DNA from: a bacterium
Lineage (GTDB): Bacteria > UBA10199 > 2-02-FULL-50-16 > JAJFLM01
DNA: 64,000 bases
Assembly: GCA_965216315.1 (NCBI GenBank)
Contig: CBDCFN010000016.1
Coordinates: 1,946,181 to 2,010,180, forward strand
Direction: 5' to 3'
The notes beneath the pieces were generated by a model. The model saw nothing but the letters and a program-made list of their open reading frames with translations, was not told the DNA's origin and did no database searches. A program made the position numbers and the translations under genes. This document shows, in pieces, positions 1 to 9,291 of the stretch. Within the stretch, counting starts at the first letter, position 1; every line of letters starts with the position of its first letter.

Positions 1-362
1 GCGCTATTCAGGGTGTCCCGGAAGGTCATCTCATCCTCCTTGCCGGCGGTGAAGACAAAGGCAGTTCTTACGAGCCTCTCCGGCAAGCACTCGTTGCGCA
101 GCGCGCCAAGGCCGTCTGTGTCTACGGCGAAGCCGCCGGAGCGTTGCAAGAAGCCCTGAGTGAATCACTGCCAACTTTCCGGCAAACAACTATGGAAGAG
201 GCCTTTACGCAGGCGCTTTCCCAAGCCGACGACGGTGATTTCATCGTCCTTGCACCGGCCTGTGCAAGCTTTGATCAGTTCAGCAACTTCGAACACCGCG
301 GCGAAAGTTTTCGACAGCTCGTCATTCGGCAGGGACCCGCAGAAACGGAGGCCAGCGCATGA
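1..362 (+). CDS. murD: UDP-N-acetylmuramoylalanine--D-glutamate ligase MurD, C-terminal part (5' end outside window)
   Basis: Frame is open from the window edge to TGA 360-362. C-terminal motif FIVLAPACASFDQFSNFEHRGESF is typical of MurD. ATGA stop/start overlap with ftsW; dcw gene order. Confidence 0.85.
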   Translation, partial: AIQGVPEGHLILLAGGEDKGSSYEPLRQALVAQRAKAVCVYGEAAGALQEALSESLPTFRQTTMEEAFTQALSQADDGDFIVLAPACASFDQFSNFEHRGESFRQLVIRQGPAETEASA

Positions 363-1480
363 ATCGACGCCATATCGATTACACCTTATTACTGACGACC
401 CTTCTTCTCGTCGCTATCGGTATCACGATGGTTTATTCATCATCCGCTATTCTCGCACGCGAGCGTTATGACGATACTTATTACTTTTTAAAGAGGCAGC
501 TGTTCAGCCTTAGTATCGGATTTGGAGCTCTGTTTGCAGGCCGAAGCATTCCCCTCACCTTTTATCGACGCTTTGCTTACCCGATTCTTATCAGTGCGGT
601 AATTTTTCTCGCTTTGGTTCAAATCCCGGGTCTTGGAGTCACTGCCGGCGGGGCCACCCGGTGGATCAGCATCGGCAGCTTCAGTTTTCAACCATCCGAA
701 TATGCCAAGATCGCACTCGTCATTTTCATGGCGTACATGCTCGATAAAAAGGAAAATCGCCTCAAGCACTTTGGGTTCGGCTTTCTTCCCCCCATGCTCA
801 TATCACTCGTGCTTATTTTTCTCGTCTTACTCGGCAAAGACCTTGGCAATGCCGTTTTAATGGCAAGTTCCGTAATCGCCATGATGTTTGTTGCCGGAGC
901 CCGTTTCAGTTATCTGGTTGCGCTTTTACTGTTGGCCCTGCCTGCATTCTACAAACTCATTGCTTCGGTTTCTTATCGACGCCAGCGTATTTTAGCATTC
1001 CTCGACCCTTGGCAGCACCGTACAGAAGCAGGTTTTCAGATCATCCAAAGTTATTTAGCATTTCAAGCCGGTGGCATCTTGGGCGCGGGCCTGGGTCAAG
1101 GTCGGCAAAAACTTTTTTATCTTCCTGAAGCTCACACGGACTTCATATTTTCCGTGCTCGGTGAGGAACTCGGACTGTGGGGCGTCCTCCTCGTCCTGCT
1201 TCTCTTTGGTTTCTGGATCTCACGAGCTCTCATGATATCATGGCGCGCCCAAGACAACTTCAGCCGTTATCTTGCCCTAGGCATCGGCCTTATCATTGGT
1301 TTTTTAGCAGTCCTTAATATGGCTGTCGTGATGGGATTATTACCCACAAAGGGCATTCCTCTTCCCTTTATCAGCTATGGCGGCACATCACTGATCATTA
1401 ACTTGTTTGCAGTCGGCATATTGCTCAATATTTCCCGGCGCAGTGTCGAAGCCGAAGATGCGGAGGCGCCATGCACGTAA
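359..1480 (+). CDS. ftsW: SEDS-family peptidoglycan glycosyltransferase FtsW
   Basis: 373-aa polytopic FtsW/RodA/SpoVE-like protein located between murD and murG. Confidence 0.9.
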   Translation: MNRRHIDYTLLLTTLLLVAIGITMVYSSSAILARERYDDTYYFLKRQLFSLSIGFGALFAGRSIPLTFYRRFAYPILISAVIFLALVQIPGLGVTAGGATRWISIGSFSFQPSEYAKIALVIFMAYMLDKKENRLKHFGFGFLPPMLISLVLIFLVLLGKDLGNAVLMASSVIAMMFVAGARFSYLVALLLLALPAFYKLIASVSYRRQRILAFLDPWQHRTEAGFQIIQSYLAFQAGGILGAGLGQGRQKLFYLPEAHTDFIFSVLGEELGLWGVLLVLLLFGFWISRALMISWRAQDNFSRYLALGIGLIIGFLAVLNMAVVMGLLPTKGIPLPFISYGGTSLIINLFAVGILLNISRRSVEAEDAEAPCT

Positions 1481-2556
1481 TTCTTGCAGCCGGCGGCACC
1501 GGAGGACATCTCTTTCCCGCTCTTGCCCTTGGCCAGGCTTTCCAGCAATTCAACCACCGCGTTACCTATGTAGGCAGTGGTCGCCCGATGGATCTCCATG
1601 TCGAGAAACTCAGCGGCATGCCGTGGAGACACCTCAAAGCGGGACGGCTCAAGGGTATGGGTTGGCTCGCCAAACTCAAGAGCCTCTTTGCCATGCCGAT
1701 GGCGCTGATGCAGGCACTGATTATTCTCATTCAAGAGAAGCCGGATCTTGTTTTAGGACTTGGGGGCTATAGTACGGGGCCTATGGTTCTGGTGGCACGT
1801 ATCGTTGGAATCTATACGGCTATACTGGAACAAAACCGTATCCCCGGCTTTACGAACCGCATCCTCATCTGGTTTGCCCACCGTGCTTTTATCGCATTCC
1901 CCTTAGTTCAATCGTATTGGAGCAACAAAAGTAAAGTCATCGTCACCGGCAACCCGGTACGAAACGAAATCATTCAACAGTTCCAGCAAACAGAGCGATC
2001 AACAGATCGTATGACCTTACTCACCTTCGGCGGGAGTCAGGGAGCCCATTTTTTGAATCAGGTTATGCAAGAACTGCTACCACGCCTGCAATCCAAGGCG
2101 AAAGAGTTGGCTGTCATTCATATTACAGGTGAAATCGAACATAAACAGATTCAAGCCGCTTATAATGATTATCCGGAACTCGCCGCCCAAGTCATTCCAT
2201 TTTCAGATCAAATCGGTGCGCTCTATAAGCAGGCCGACCTTGTTCTAAGCCGTTCCGGAGCATCAACAATCACCGATCTCATAGAATTCGGGTGTCCTGC
2301 GGTTCTGGTTCCTTATCCGTTCGCAGCCGACGGGCACCAACATGCCAACGCACAATATCTCGTGGAGGCTGGAGCCGCCATAATGATTGATCAACAAGCC
2401 TTTAACGTGGACAACTTTTGGGATGACATCGAGCTTTGGCTCAAAGACCAAGGCCTATTAAGGGAAATGGGGGCCAAGGCCCGTGCCCTTGCACTACAGG
2501 AACCGCCGGCACAACGAATTATAAGAGAATGTCAAAACCTAGTTGGGGTCAATTGA
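1471..2556 (+). CDS. murG: UDP-N-acetylglucosamine--N-acetylmuramyl-(pentapeptide) pyrophosphoryl-undecaprenol GlcNAc transferase MurG
   Basis: N-terminal AAGGTGGHLFPALAL motif, GT28-like length (361 aa), dcw context. Confidence 0.95.
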   Translation: MHVILAAGGTGGHLFPALALGQAFQQFNHRVTYVGSGRPMDLHVEKLSGMPWRHLKAGRLKGMGWLAKLKSLFAMPMALMQALIILIQEKPDLVLGLGGYSTGPMVLVARIVGIYTAILEQNRIPGFTNRILIWFAHRAFIAFPLVQSYWSNKSKVIVTGNPVRNEIIQQFQQTERSTDRMTLLTFGGSQGAHFLNQVMQELLPRLQSKAKELAVIHITGEIEHKQIQAAYNDYPELAAQVIPFSDQIGALYKQADLVLSRSGASTITDLIEFGCPAVLVPYPFAADGHQHANAQYLVEAGAAIMIDQQAFNVDNFWDDIELWLKDQGLLREMGAKARALALQEPPAQRIIRECQNLVGVN

Positions 2557-2563
2557 GTAAGGT

Positions 2564-3934
2564 ATGTATAAAAATATTCAGCGCATACATTTCGTGGGAA
2601 TCGGCGGTATCGGCATGAGCGGTATTGCAGAAATTCTCCTGAATCTCGGTTACGAAGTTTCAGGTTCGGATGTGCAACGCACGTTGGTAACACGACGCTT
2701 GAGTCGCTTAGGCGCTAAAGTCCGTTATGGCCACAAAGCGGAACATATCGGCAAGGCTCAAGTAGTTGTCACCAGCTCGGCGGTCAATAAAAGCAATCCC
2801 GAAGTCGCCGCAGCCTTGCGGTACGGTATTCCCGTCATCGCCAGGGCGGAGATGCTGGCGGAGCTCATGCGGCTTAAATATGGAATCGCCGTCGCCGGGA
2901 CTCATGGGAAGACAACAACGACTTCACTGATAGCCACGATATTGACAGAAGCAGCTTTTGATCCGACCATTATCATCGGTGGCCGAGTTCGGAGTCTTCG
3001 CTCCAATGCACGCTTAGGACGTGGTGACTTTCTCGTGGCAGAAGCGGATGAATCCGACGGCAGTTTCTTACATCTCCATCCGACGATTGCAGTTGTCACC
3101 AACATCGACCCCGAACACCTTTCTCATTATAAAGACTATGAAGAGCTCAAACGCTCCTTCAATCGCTTTTGCGATGCCATCCCTTTTTATGGGGCCGCAA
3201 TTTTTTGTGCCGACCATCCCGCTACTGCCAAGATCGCTGAAACATTCCAGCGTCGATATTGGACCTACGGTCTCGACAAGAAAGCGGACTTTATGGCCAA
3301 GAGTCTCCGCTTCGAAGGACCGACCATGCACTTTACTGTGACTTTTCGGGGCAAGTCTCTCGGGCAACTCCAAGTTAGGCTGCCAGGGCGGCATAATGTT
3401 TCGAATGCACTCGCCGCCGTCGCCGTCGCGCATGAACTCGGTATCCCTTTTAAAAAGATTCGCAGCGCCTTGAAAAAATTCAAGGGCATTGGACGCCGGC
3501 TCGAAGTCCTCGCTGACAGTAAGGAATTGGTCGTGATCGACGATTACGCGCACCATCCGGTCGAACTGGAAGCAACTCTCAGTGCCCTTAAAAAAGGCTG
3601 GAAAGGCCGCCGTATCCGAGCTGTTTTTCAACCTCATCGCTATAGCCGGACCAAGGAATTATTTAAAGAATTTGCAGCGGCTTTCGGCGATTGTGATGAA
3701 CTCATCGTATCCGATATCTATGCGGCCAGTGAAGCACGCATCGTTGGTATTACGGGACGTCGTTTAGCCGAAAGCATCCGCAAACCTAAAAATGTGAAAT
3801 ACATGTCGGACTTTGACGAAATTGCAAACTACTTATGGGAATCTCGGAATAAAAAAGATCTGATCGTCACCTTAGGTGCGGGCAATGTATGGAAAATAGC
3901 TAAGGAGATCGCAAAGCGGAGTAAACGAAACTAA
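2564..3934 (+). CDS. murC: UDP-N-acetylmuramate--L-alanine ligase MurC
   Basis: IHFVGIGGIGMSGIAE Rossmann start, GTHGKTTTT Mur-ligase P-loop, 456 aa. Confidence 0.95.
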   Translation: MYKNIQRIHFVGIGGIGMSGIAEILLNLGYEVSGSDVQRTLVTRRLSRLGAKVRYGHKAEHIGKAQVVVTSSAVNKSNPEVAAALRYGIPVIARAEMLAELMRLKYGIAVAGTHGKTTTTSLIATILTEAAFDPTIIIGGRVRSLRSNARLGRGDFLVAEADESDGSFLHLHPTIAVVTNIDPEHLSHYKDYEELKRSFNRFCDAIPFYGAAIFCADHPATAKIAETFQRRYWTYGLDKKADFMAKSLRFEGPTMHFTVTFRGKSLGQLQVRLPGRHNVSNALAAVAVAHELGIPFKKIRSALKKFKGIGRRLEVLADSKELVVIDDYAHHPVELEATLSALKKGWKGRRIRAVFQPHRYSRTKELFKEFAAAFGDCDELIVSDIYAASEARIVGITGRRLAESIRKPKNVKYMSDFDEIANYLWESRNKKDLIVTLGAGNVWKIAKEIAKRSKRN

Positions 3935-3948
3935 TACGGAAATAAAAA

Positions 3949-4893
3949 ATGCTATCTGATGAAATAAAAGAAAAACTCAAAACGGCAGCCAGTAAGATTT
4001 TTTTCGACGAACCTATGTCTCAACATACGACGATTCGGGTCGGAGGTCCGGCAGACGCGCTCATCTACCCGGCTAACATAGAGGAACTCCAAAACCTCTT
4101 GAGCATAGTCATCGAGCACAAACTCCCCATCTTCCATCTTGGCTGGGGCAGCAATCTCGTGGTTCAGGACGGCGGCATTCGCGGTCTGGTCATCAGTTTG
4201 GAACGGGGCTTTCAGAAGCTTGAGATACCCGAACAGACTGAGGCCGATGACATCACGCTACTGGTTGAGGCCGGCGTCAAAATACCCGCCCTGCTCGACT
4301 TTTGTGCGGAAAAAAGCCTTACGGGACTTGAGTTTATGGCAGGTATCCCCGCTACCGTCGGCGGGGCCCTCTGGATGAATGCCGGGACCAGCCAAGGGGA
4401 AATTGGCGACCGTGTGTCCAGCGTCACGATCATAACCAAACAGGGCCGACTCAAGACACTCGAACAAAAGGCCTGTGGTTTTGCTTATCGAACCAACAAT
4501 TTCCCTTCCGGTGCAACCATCGTTGAGACACGTCTTCAACTGAAACGCGGTCAATCAGAAAAGATTCGCGAAACAATCAATTCACACCGAAAGTATCGCG
4601 TTGATTCGCAACCGTTGAATCTACCCAATGTCGGAAGCGTTTTTAAAAATCCCAGCAAGAAACAATATGCAGGTCAACTGATTGAAGAAGCTGGGCTCAA
4701 AGATGTTCGTGTCGGTCATGCCCGTGTATCCGAAAAACATGGCAACTTTATTGTCAACGAAGGCAATGCCACGGCGAAAGACATCATCGCATTGATCGGA
4801 TTGATAAAAGATAAAGTTAAAGAAAAATGTAATGTTAGACTTGAAACTGAAGTGCATATTGTAGGAGAAAAGAGTTGTGAAAGTTTATCGTAA
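3949..4893 (+). CDS. murB: UDP-N-acetylenolpyruvoylglucosamine reductase MurB
   Basis: 314 aa with an FAD-binding PCMH-type N-terminus (TTIRVGGPAD) and a C-terminal MurB pattern (GSVFKNP, GGAHVSEKH-like RVSEKHGNFIVN). Confidence 0.95.
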   Translation: MLSDEIKEKLKTAASKIFFDEPMSQHTTIRVGGPADALIYPANIEELQNLLSIVIEHKLPIFHLGWGSNLVVQDGGIRGLVISLERGFQKLEIPEQTEADDITLLVEAGVKIPALLDFCAEKSLTGLEFMAGIPATVGGALWMNAGTSQGEIGDRVSSVTIITKQGRLKTLEQKACGFAYRTNNFPSGATIVETRLQLKRGQSEKIRETINSHRKYRVDSQPLNLPNVGSVFKNPSKKQYAGQLIEEAGLKDVRVGHARVSEKHGNFIVNEGNATAKDIIALIGLIKDKVKEKCNVRLETEVHIVGEKSCESLS

Positions 4894-4897
4894 CGAC

Positions 4898-4927
4898 AAC
4901 TTATCCACAGTTTTGTGGATAAGTTTT
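4898..4927. promoter_or_regulatory. Perfect 12-bp-stem hairpin made of two inverted DnaA-box consensus 9-mers (TTATCCACA), followed by a T-run; terminator/attenuator or DnaA site
   Basis: The sequence aaCTTATCCACAgtttTGTGGATAAGtttt sits directly after the murB TAA (4891-4893). TTATCCACA is at 4901-4909 (+) and its reverse complement at 4914-4922. Confidence 0.4.
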
Positions 4928-4959
4928 GGCAACACATTCAAAGTGATTAAAGAGTAAGC

Positions 4960-5889
4960 ATGTTGAAGTCATATAAAAGTTCAAGGATCGCTGTACTGAT
5001 GGGCGGCAAGTCCAGGGAAAGAGAAATTTCCTTCAAGAGTGGTGCCGCCATACTCGCCTCCTTGGAACGGCAAGGTTATTCAGCCTTCTCAATCGATGCG
5101 AGTGACGACCTTGCAGCTGAATTACTCGAAACGAAACCCGATGCAGCCATCATTGCGCTGCATGGACGTTACGGTGAGGACGGAACGGTCCAGGGAATGC
5201 TCGAAATGATGGGAATTCCTTACAGTGGATCCGGTGTCCTGGCCTCCTCTATTTGTATGGATAAGGCGCTCACCAAGCAATTACTCACAGCGGAAGGAAT
5301 TGAGGTCGCCCCGTCGTGCGAAGTCGGGGCTGTGGATAACTTAAAGGCTCAGTTCGCAGCTCACCCAGTCCCCTTCCCGCTGGTCGTCAAACCAAACCGT
5401 GAAGGCTCAACGATAGGCATCTCCATCGTCACGACAGAAGATGCCTTGCAAGCAGCGGTTGCCAAGGCCCTCGAATTCGACAGCACGGTTCTGCTGGAAC
5501 AATTCATCAAGGGAGTGGAGGTCACCGTTGGTCTCATCAATGGCAAGGTGCTCCCCGCCCTTGAGATTGTCCCGGAAAGCGGCTTTTACGATTACGATGC
5601 CAAATACACCAAAGGCAAAACAGAGTACATCGTGCCGGCCCGGATCTCTGAACGAGTCGCAGAGCTCATCGCCCAACAAAGCCAGCTAATTTTCAGACGG
5701 CTCGACCTCTCTGGTGTGGCACGTGCTGACTTTATTATCGACGAAAATGATCGCGCCGTTTTTTTAGAAGTAAACACGATACCGGGAATGACAGAGACAT
5801 CACTCATTCCGAAGGCCGCCGAGCATATTGGAATGAATTTTGATTTGGTTGTCGAGGAAATGCTCGCAAGTGTGAGTTTGAAAGCATGA
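4960..5889 (+). CDS. ddl: D-alanine--D-alanine ligase
   Basis: ATP-grasp Ddl pattern (ALHGRYGEDGTVQGMLE, EVNTIPGMT), 309 aa, dcw context. Confidence 0.95.
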   Translation: MLKSYKSSRIAVLMGGKSREREISFKSGAAILASLERQGYSAFSIDASDDLAAELLETKPDAAIIALHGRYGEDGTVQGMLEMMGIPYSGSGVLASSICMDKALTKQLLTAEGIEVAPSCEVGAVDNLKAQFAAHPVPFPLVVKPNREGSTIGISIVTTEDALQAAVAKALEFDSTVLLEQFIKGVEVTVGLINGKVLPALEIVPESGFYDYDAKYTKGKTEYIVPARISERVAELIAQQSQLIFRRLDLSGVARADFIIDENDRAVFLEVNTIPGMTETSLIPKAAEHIGMNFDLVVEEMLASVSLKA

Positions 5890-6719
5890 AAAAACTATCG
5901 CAAACGAAAACTGTTAAGCGTCGCAGGGCAAAACCGACTCCACGTCGCCGAGTCCGTCGGCTTAAACTACCCAAGCTTAATTGGTCGGGGTTGTCTTGGT
6001 CTAAGCTTCAATGGAAGCCTTTCGCAGGAGCCTTTTTAGCTATCTTCTTTGTCGCGTGGTGGGTCCGTTATGATCCTGCCTCTTGGTTTCGTCTTAACAA
6101 AATTCATGTGGCTGGTCCGACGCAACACCTAACGGTTGAAGAAATTGAAGAATTGGCGGCACCAACCTTTGGGCTCCCCTTAATGGGCATTGATCTCAAT
6201 CCCATACAAAATCGAATCGAAGCCCATCCTTGGGTGCGAACGGCCAACTTAAGGCGACTACTTCCAGGTACCTTATATATACTTGTCGAAGAACATGTGC
6301 CGGCTGCTCATTTATTACTACCGAAACCCTATCTCGTCAGTGACGAAGGTATCACTATAAAAAAAGTCGAGCCTCAAGATCCGACGGACCTACCCAGGAT
6401 CTTAGGCCTCGAACAGATAACAGATAATCATTTAATGCATCGACGCATTCTCGAAAGCTTGGCCGTTGCTCACAAACTGAAGACAACCGGGGCCTTAGAA
6501 CCCTTCGGCTTGTCTGAAATCAAGTGGGTAAACGGTCGGCGCTTAACCCTGATTACGGGGACGCGTCCATTCAACATCGAACTCGGGGGAGCTCCGTGGA
6601 GCGACAAGATAGATCGTCTTATCCACGTACTTCCCCATGTTGAACGCGATGGCAGATTTCCAGTCCGAGTCGCATTGGACCAAAGCGACGGTGTGGTTGT
6701 GAGATATATCAATAATTAA
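5886..6719 (+). CDS. ftsQ: Cell division protein FtsQ
   Basis: Very basic N-terminus, single TM segment (FAGAFLAIFFVAWWV), POTRA-like region. ATGA overlap with ddl; located upstream of ftsA. Confidence 0.8.
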   Translation: MKKLSQTKTVKRRRAKPTPRRRVRRLKLPKLNWSGLSWSKLQWKPFAGAFLAIFFVAWWVRYDPASWFRLNKIHVAGPTQHLTVEEIEELAAPTFGLPLMGIDLNPIQNRIEAHPWVRTANLRRLLPGTLYILVEEHVPAAHLLLPKPYLVSDEGITIKKVEPQDPTDLPRILGLEQITDNHLMHRRILESLAVAHKLKTTGALEPFGLSEIKWVNGRRLTLITGTRPFNIELGGAPWSDKIDRLIHVLPHVERDGRFPVRVALDQSDGVVVRYINN

Positions 6720-6729
6720 GGAGGACGAC

Positions 6730-7956
6730 ATGGCTAAACGGGATGACAAAATAATCGGTCTTGATATTGGGACCACAAAAATTTGCGCGATTGTCGGGCA
6801 AGTGACGGACGATGGGGTTGATATCATCGGTATCGGTTCCCACCCGTCACGCGGCCTGCGCAAAGGAGTCGTAATCAACATCGAATCAACGGTTGAATCG
6901 ATCAAAAAAGCCGTTGAAGAAGCCGAGCTAATGGCAGGATGTGAGATACACTCTGTCTACGCCGGTATCTCCGGCGGCCATATTCGTGGTATCAACAGCC
7001 ACGGTATCGTCGCCATTAAAAATCGCGAAGTCACTGCCGCAGACGTCGAACGGGTCATTGACGCCGCCCAAGCTGTTGCCATTCCTCTTGATCGTGAGGT
7101 TATTCATGTCATCCCGCAAGAATACCGAATCGATGATCAAGACAGCATTCGTGACCCTATCGGTATGAGTGGGGTCCGCCTCGAAGCCAAAGTCCATATT
7201 GTCAGTGCCGCAGTCACTTCCGCCCAAAACATCATCAAGTGTTGCAATCGTGCCGGTCTCAATGTCAGCGATATCGGTTTGGAGCAACTGGCCAGCGCCG
7301 AGTCCACGCTGAGCCAAGAAGAAAAAGATCTCGGAGTCGCCATCATTGATATCGGTGGTGGCACGACCGACCTTGCCATCTTCGTCAATGGGAGTCTCGT
7401 CCATACCTCCGTCCTGTCCGTCGGCGGCAACCATGTCACTAATGACATTGCTGTCGGTCTCCGCACTCCTGCAGCTGAAGCTGAGAAGATCAAGCTTAAG
7501 TATGGTTGTGCCCTCTCCTCTTTAACTCAAAAAGAGGAAACCATTGAAGTCCCGAGTGTCGGCGGACGTGCCGACCGCATCATGTCTCGCCAGATCCTGG
7601 CAGAAATCATCGAGCCGCGGATGGAAGAAATGTTCGCCCTGACACGTCAGGAGATCATTAACTCCGGCTACGCCGACGTCATTTCTTCCGGGCTCGTCAT
7701 TACCGGCGGCAGCAGTCTCTTGGAAGGCGCGTGCGAACTGGCAGAACAAGTCTTCAACCTGCCCGTCCGAACCGGCCAGCCCGAGGATATCGGCGGACTT
7801 GTCGAAGTCGTCCGCAGCCCGATCTACTCGACAGGAGTTGGGCTTGTCATTCAAGGCCAGCACGATCAAGGCGATAGTCGTTTCACCGTACGTGACAATT
7901 CCGTCTACGACAAAGTCAAAGGTCGCATGAAGGGGTGGTTAGCAGAAATATTCTAA
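6730..7956 (+). CDS. ftsA: Cell division protein FtsA
   Basis: Actin-like ATPase motifs (GLDIGTTKICAIVG, IDIGGGTTDLAIF), 408 aa. Confidence 0.95.
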   Translation: MAKRDDKIIGLDIGTTKICAIVGQVTDDGVDIIGIGSHPSRGLRKGVVINIESTVESIKKAVEEAELMAGCEIHSVYAGISGGHIRGINSHGIVAIKNREVTAADVERVIDAAQAVAIPLDREVIHVIPQEYRIDDQDSIRDPIGMSGVRLEAKVHIVSAAVTSAQNIIKCCNRAGLNVSDIGLEQLASAESTLSQEEKDLGVAIIDIGGGTTDLAIFVNGSLVHTSVLSVGGNHVTNDIAVGLRTPAAEAEKIKLKYGCALSSLTQKEETIEVPSVGGRADRIMSRQILAEIIEPRMEEMFALTRQEIINSGYADVISSGLVITGGSSLLEGACELAEQVFNLPVRTGQPEDIGGLVEVVRSPIYSTGVGLVIQGQHDQGDSRFTVRDNSVYDKVKGRMKGWLAEIF

Positions 7957-7996
7957 GCATCGCTAAATAACTCTAACTTCTTTTAAGGAGGAGTGA

Positions 7997-9235
7997 ATGT
8001 TTAAATTAATCGAAGAGAATGTTATCCAAGGAGCTAAGATTAAAGTCATCGGTGTTGGGGGCGGAGGGGGGAACGCCCTCAATACGATGATCCAGTCCGA
8101 CCTACAAGGGGTCGAATTCATCGCCGCCAACACCGACATGCAGGCCATCGAATCGAATTTGGCAACAATCAAATTACAGCTCGGCAAAGCCCTCACCTCA
8201 GGACTGGGCGCAGGAGCCAACCCAGATGTCGGACGATCCTCGGCGCTAGAAAGCGAATCAGAAATCACTGAGTTGCTTCGCGGTGCCGATATGGTCTTCA
8301 TTACAGCCGGCATGGGGGGCGGAACCGGCACTGGAGCCGCACCGGTCATTGCTCGGATTGCTAAGGAAGTCGGAGCCCTTACCGTCGGAGTCGTTACTAA
8401 ACCCTTCGGCTTTGAAGGTAAAAGGCGGGGCCGCCTCGCCGATGAAGGACTCCAAGTCCTGCAAGAAAATGTTGATACCTTAATAACGATCCCCAATGAA
8501 CGCCTCCTCCAGATTGCGGGACAAGACATGTCGATGATCGATTCCTTCAAACGAGTCGATGAGGTCTTGTTGCACGCCGTCCGCGGTATTGCGGACCTCA
8601 TCACCGTCAACGGTCTCATCAATCTCGACTTTGCGGATATCCGCACGGTTATGGGTGAAACCGGAATGGCCCTGATGGGCACCGGTGTCGCCGCAGGCGA
8701 AAGTCGCGCGGTGGAAGCCGCCACGCGGGCCATCAGTTCTCCACTCTTGGAAAACGTTTCCATGGCTGGGGCTACCGGCATACTCATCAACATCTGCGGT
8801 AGCACCAACATGACACTCTATGAAGTCAACGAAGCCGCTCAATTGATCCAGGAAGAAGCGGAAGAAAATGCCAACATCCTCTTTGGCGCCGTTCTCGATG
8901 AAAGCTTGGAAGATCAACTCCGAGTCACCGTTATCGCGACTGGTTTCAAACAACGGATGCAGTACAGCCATGCACGTTCTAACGTCCGCCCGCTTCGAGG
9001 CTGGGAACGTAAGAGCATTGTGGACACTCCGGAAATTGTGAGACCTGCGATCTCCGCAGAAGGAGAAACGGAAACACAATTACAAACTGTCAGTAGCAGT
9101 GAAAGTGAAGGACAAGCGGGCACACAGCTAGATATGCAGCGCTTGGTTCAAGAGATTGGTTTCTCAGGTGGGACGCAAGAGGTCGAACCCGATCAGTATG
9201 ACATTCCCACTTTTCTGAGAAAGCATGCCGATTAG
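7997..9235 (+). CDS. ftsZ: Cell division GTPase FtsZ
   Basis: GVGGGGGNA and GMGGGTGTGAAPV tubulin-signature motifs; conserved C-terminal peptide DIPTFLRK. Confidence 0.98.
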   Translation: MFKLIEENVIQGAKIKVIGVGGGGGNALNTMIQSDLQGVEFIAANTDMQAIESNLATIKLQLGKALTSGLGAGANPDVGRSSALESESEITELLRGADMVFITAGMGGGTGTGAAPVIARIAKEVGALTVGVVTKPFGFEGKRRGRLADEGLQVLQENVDTLITIPNERLLQIAGQDMSMIDSFKRVDEVLLHAVRGIADLITVNGLINLDFADIRTVMGETGMALMGTGVAAGESRAVEAATRAISSPLLENVSMAGATGILINICGSTNMTLYEVNEAAQLIQEEAEENANILFGAVLDESLEDQLRVTVIATGFKQRMQYSHARSNVRPLRGWERKSIVDTPEIVRPAISAEGETETQLQTVSSSESEGQAGTQLDMQRLVQEIGFSGGTQEVEPDQYDIPTFLRKHAD

Positions 9236-9291
9236 ACGCTTCATCAGGCCCCTTAAGGGGGGTTCATTAATTGTACCCTTGGAGGTATGTT

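Noticed and set aside
7963-8811. 282-aa antisense ORF across ftsZ, and similar antisense ORFs within ftsA, murC, mltD-like and SSS genes.
   Set aside because: The sense-strand proteins are unambiguous housekeeping families. The antisense translations are low-complexity with no motifs.
9249-9262. The palindrome ccccttaagggg after ftsZ as a terminator.
   Set aside because: The stem is effectively only 4 bp with a ttaa loop and no T-run. It is too weak to call.
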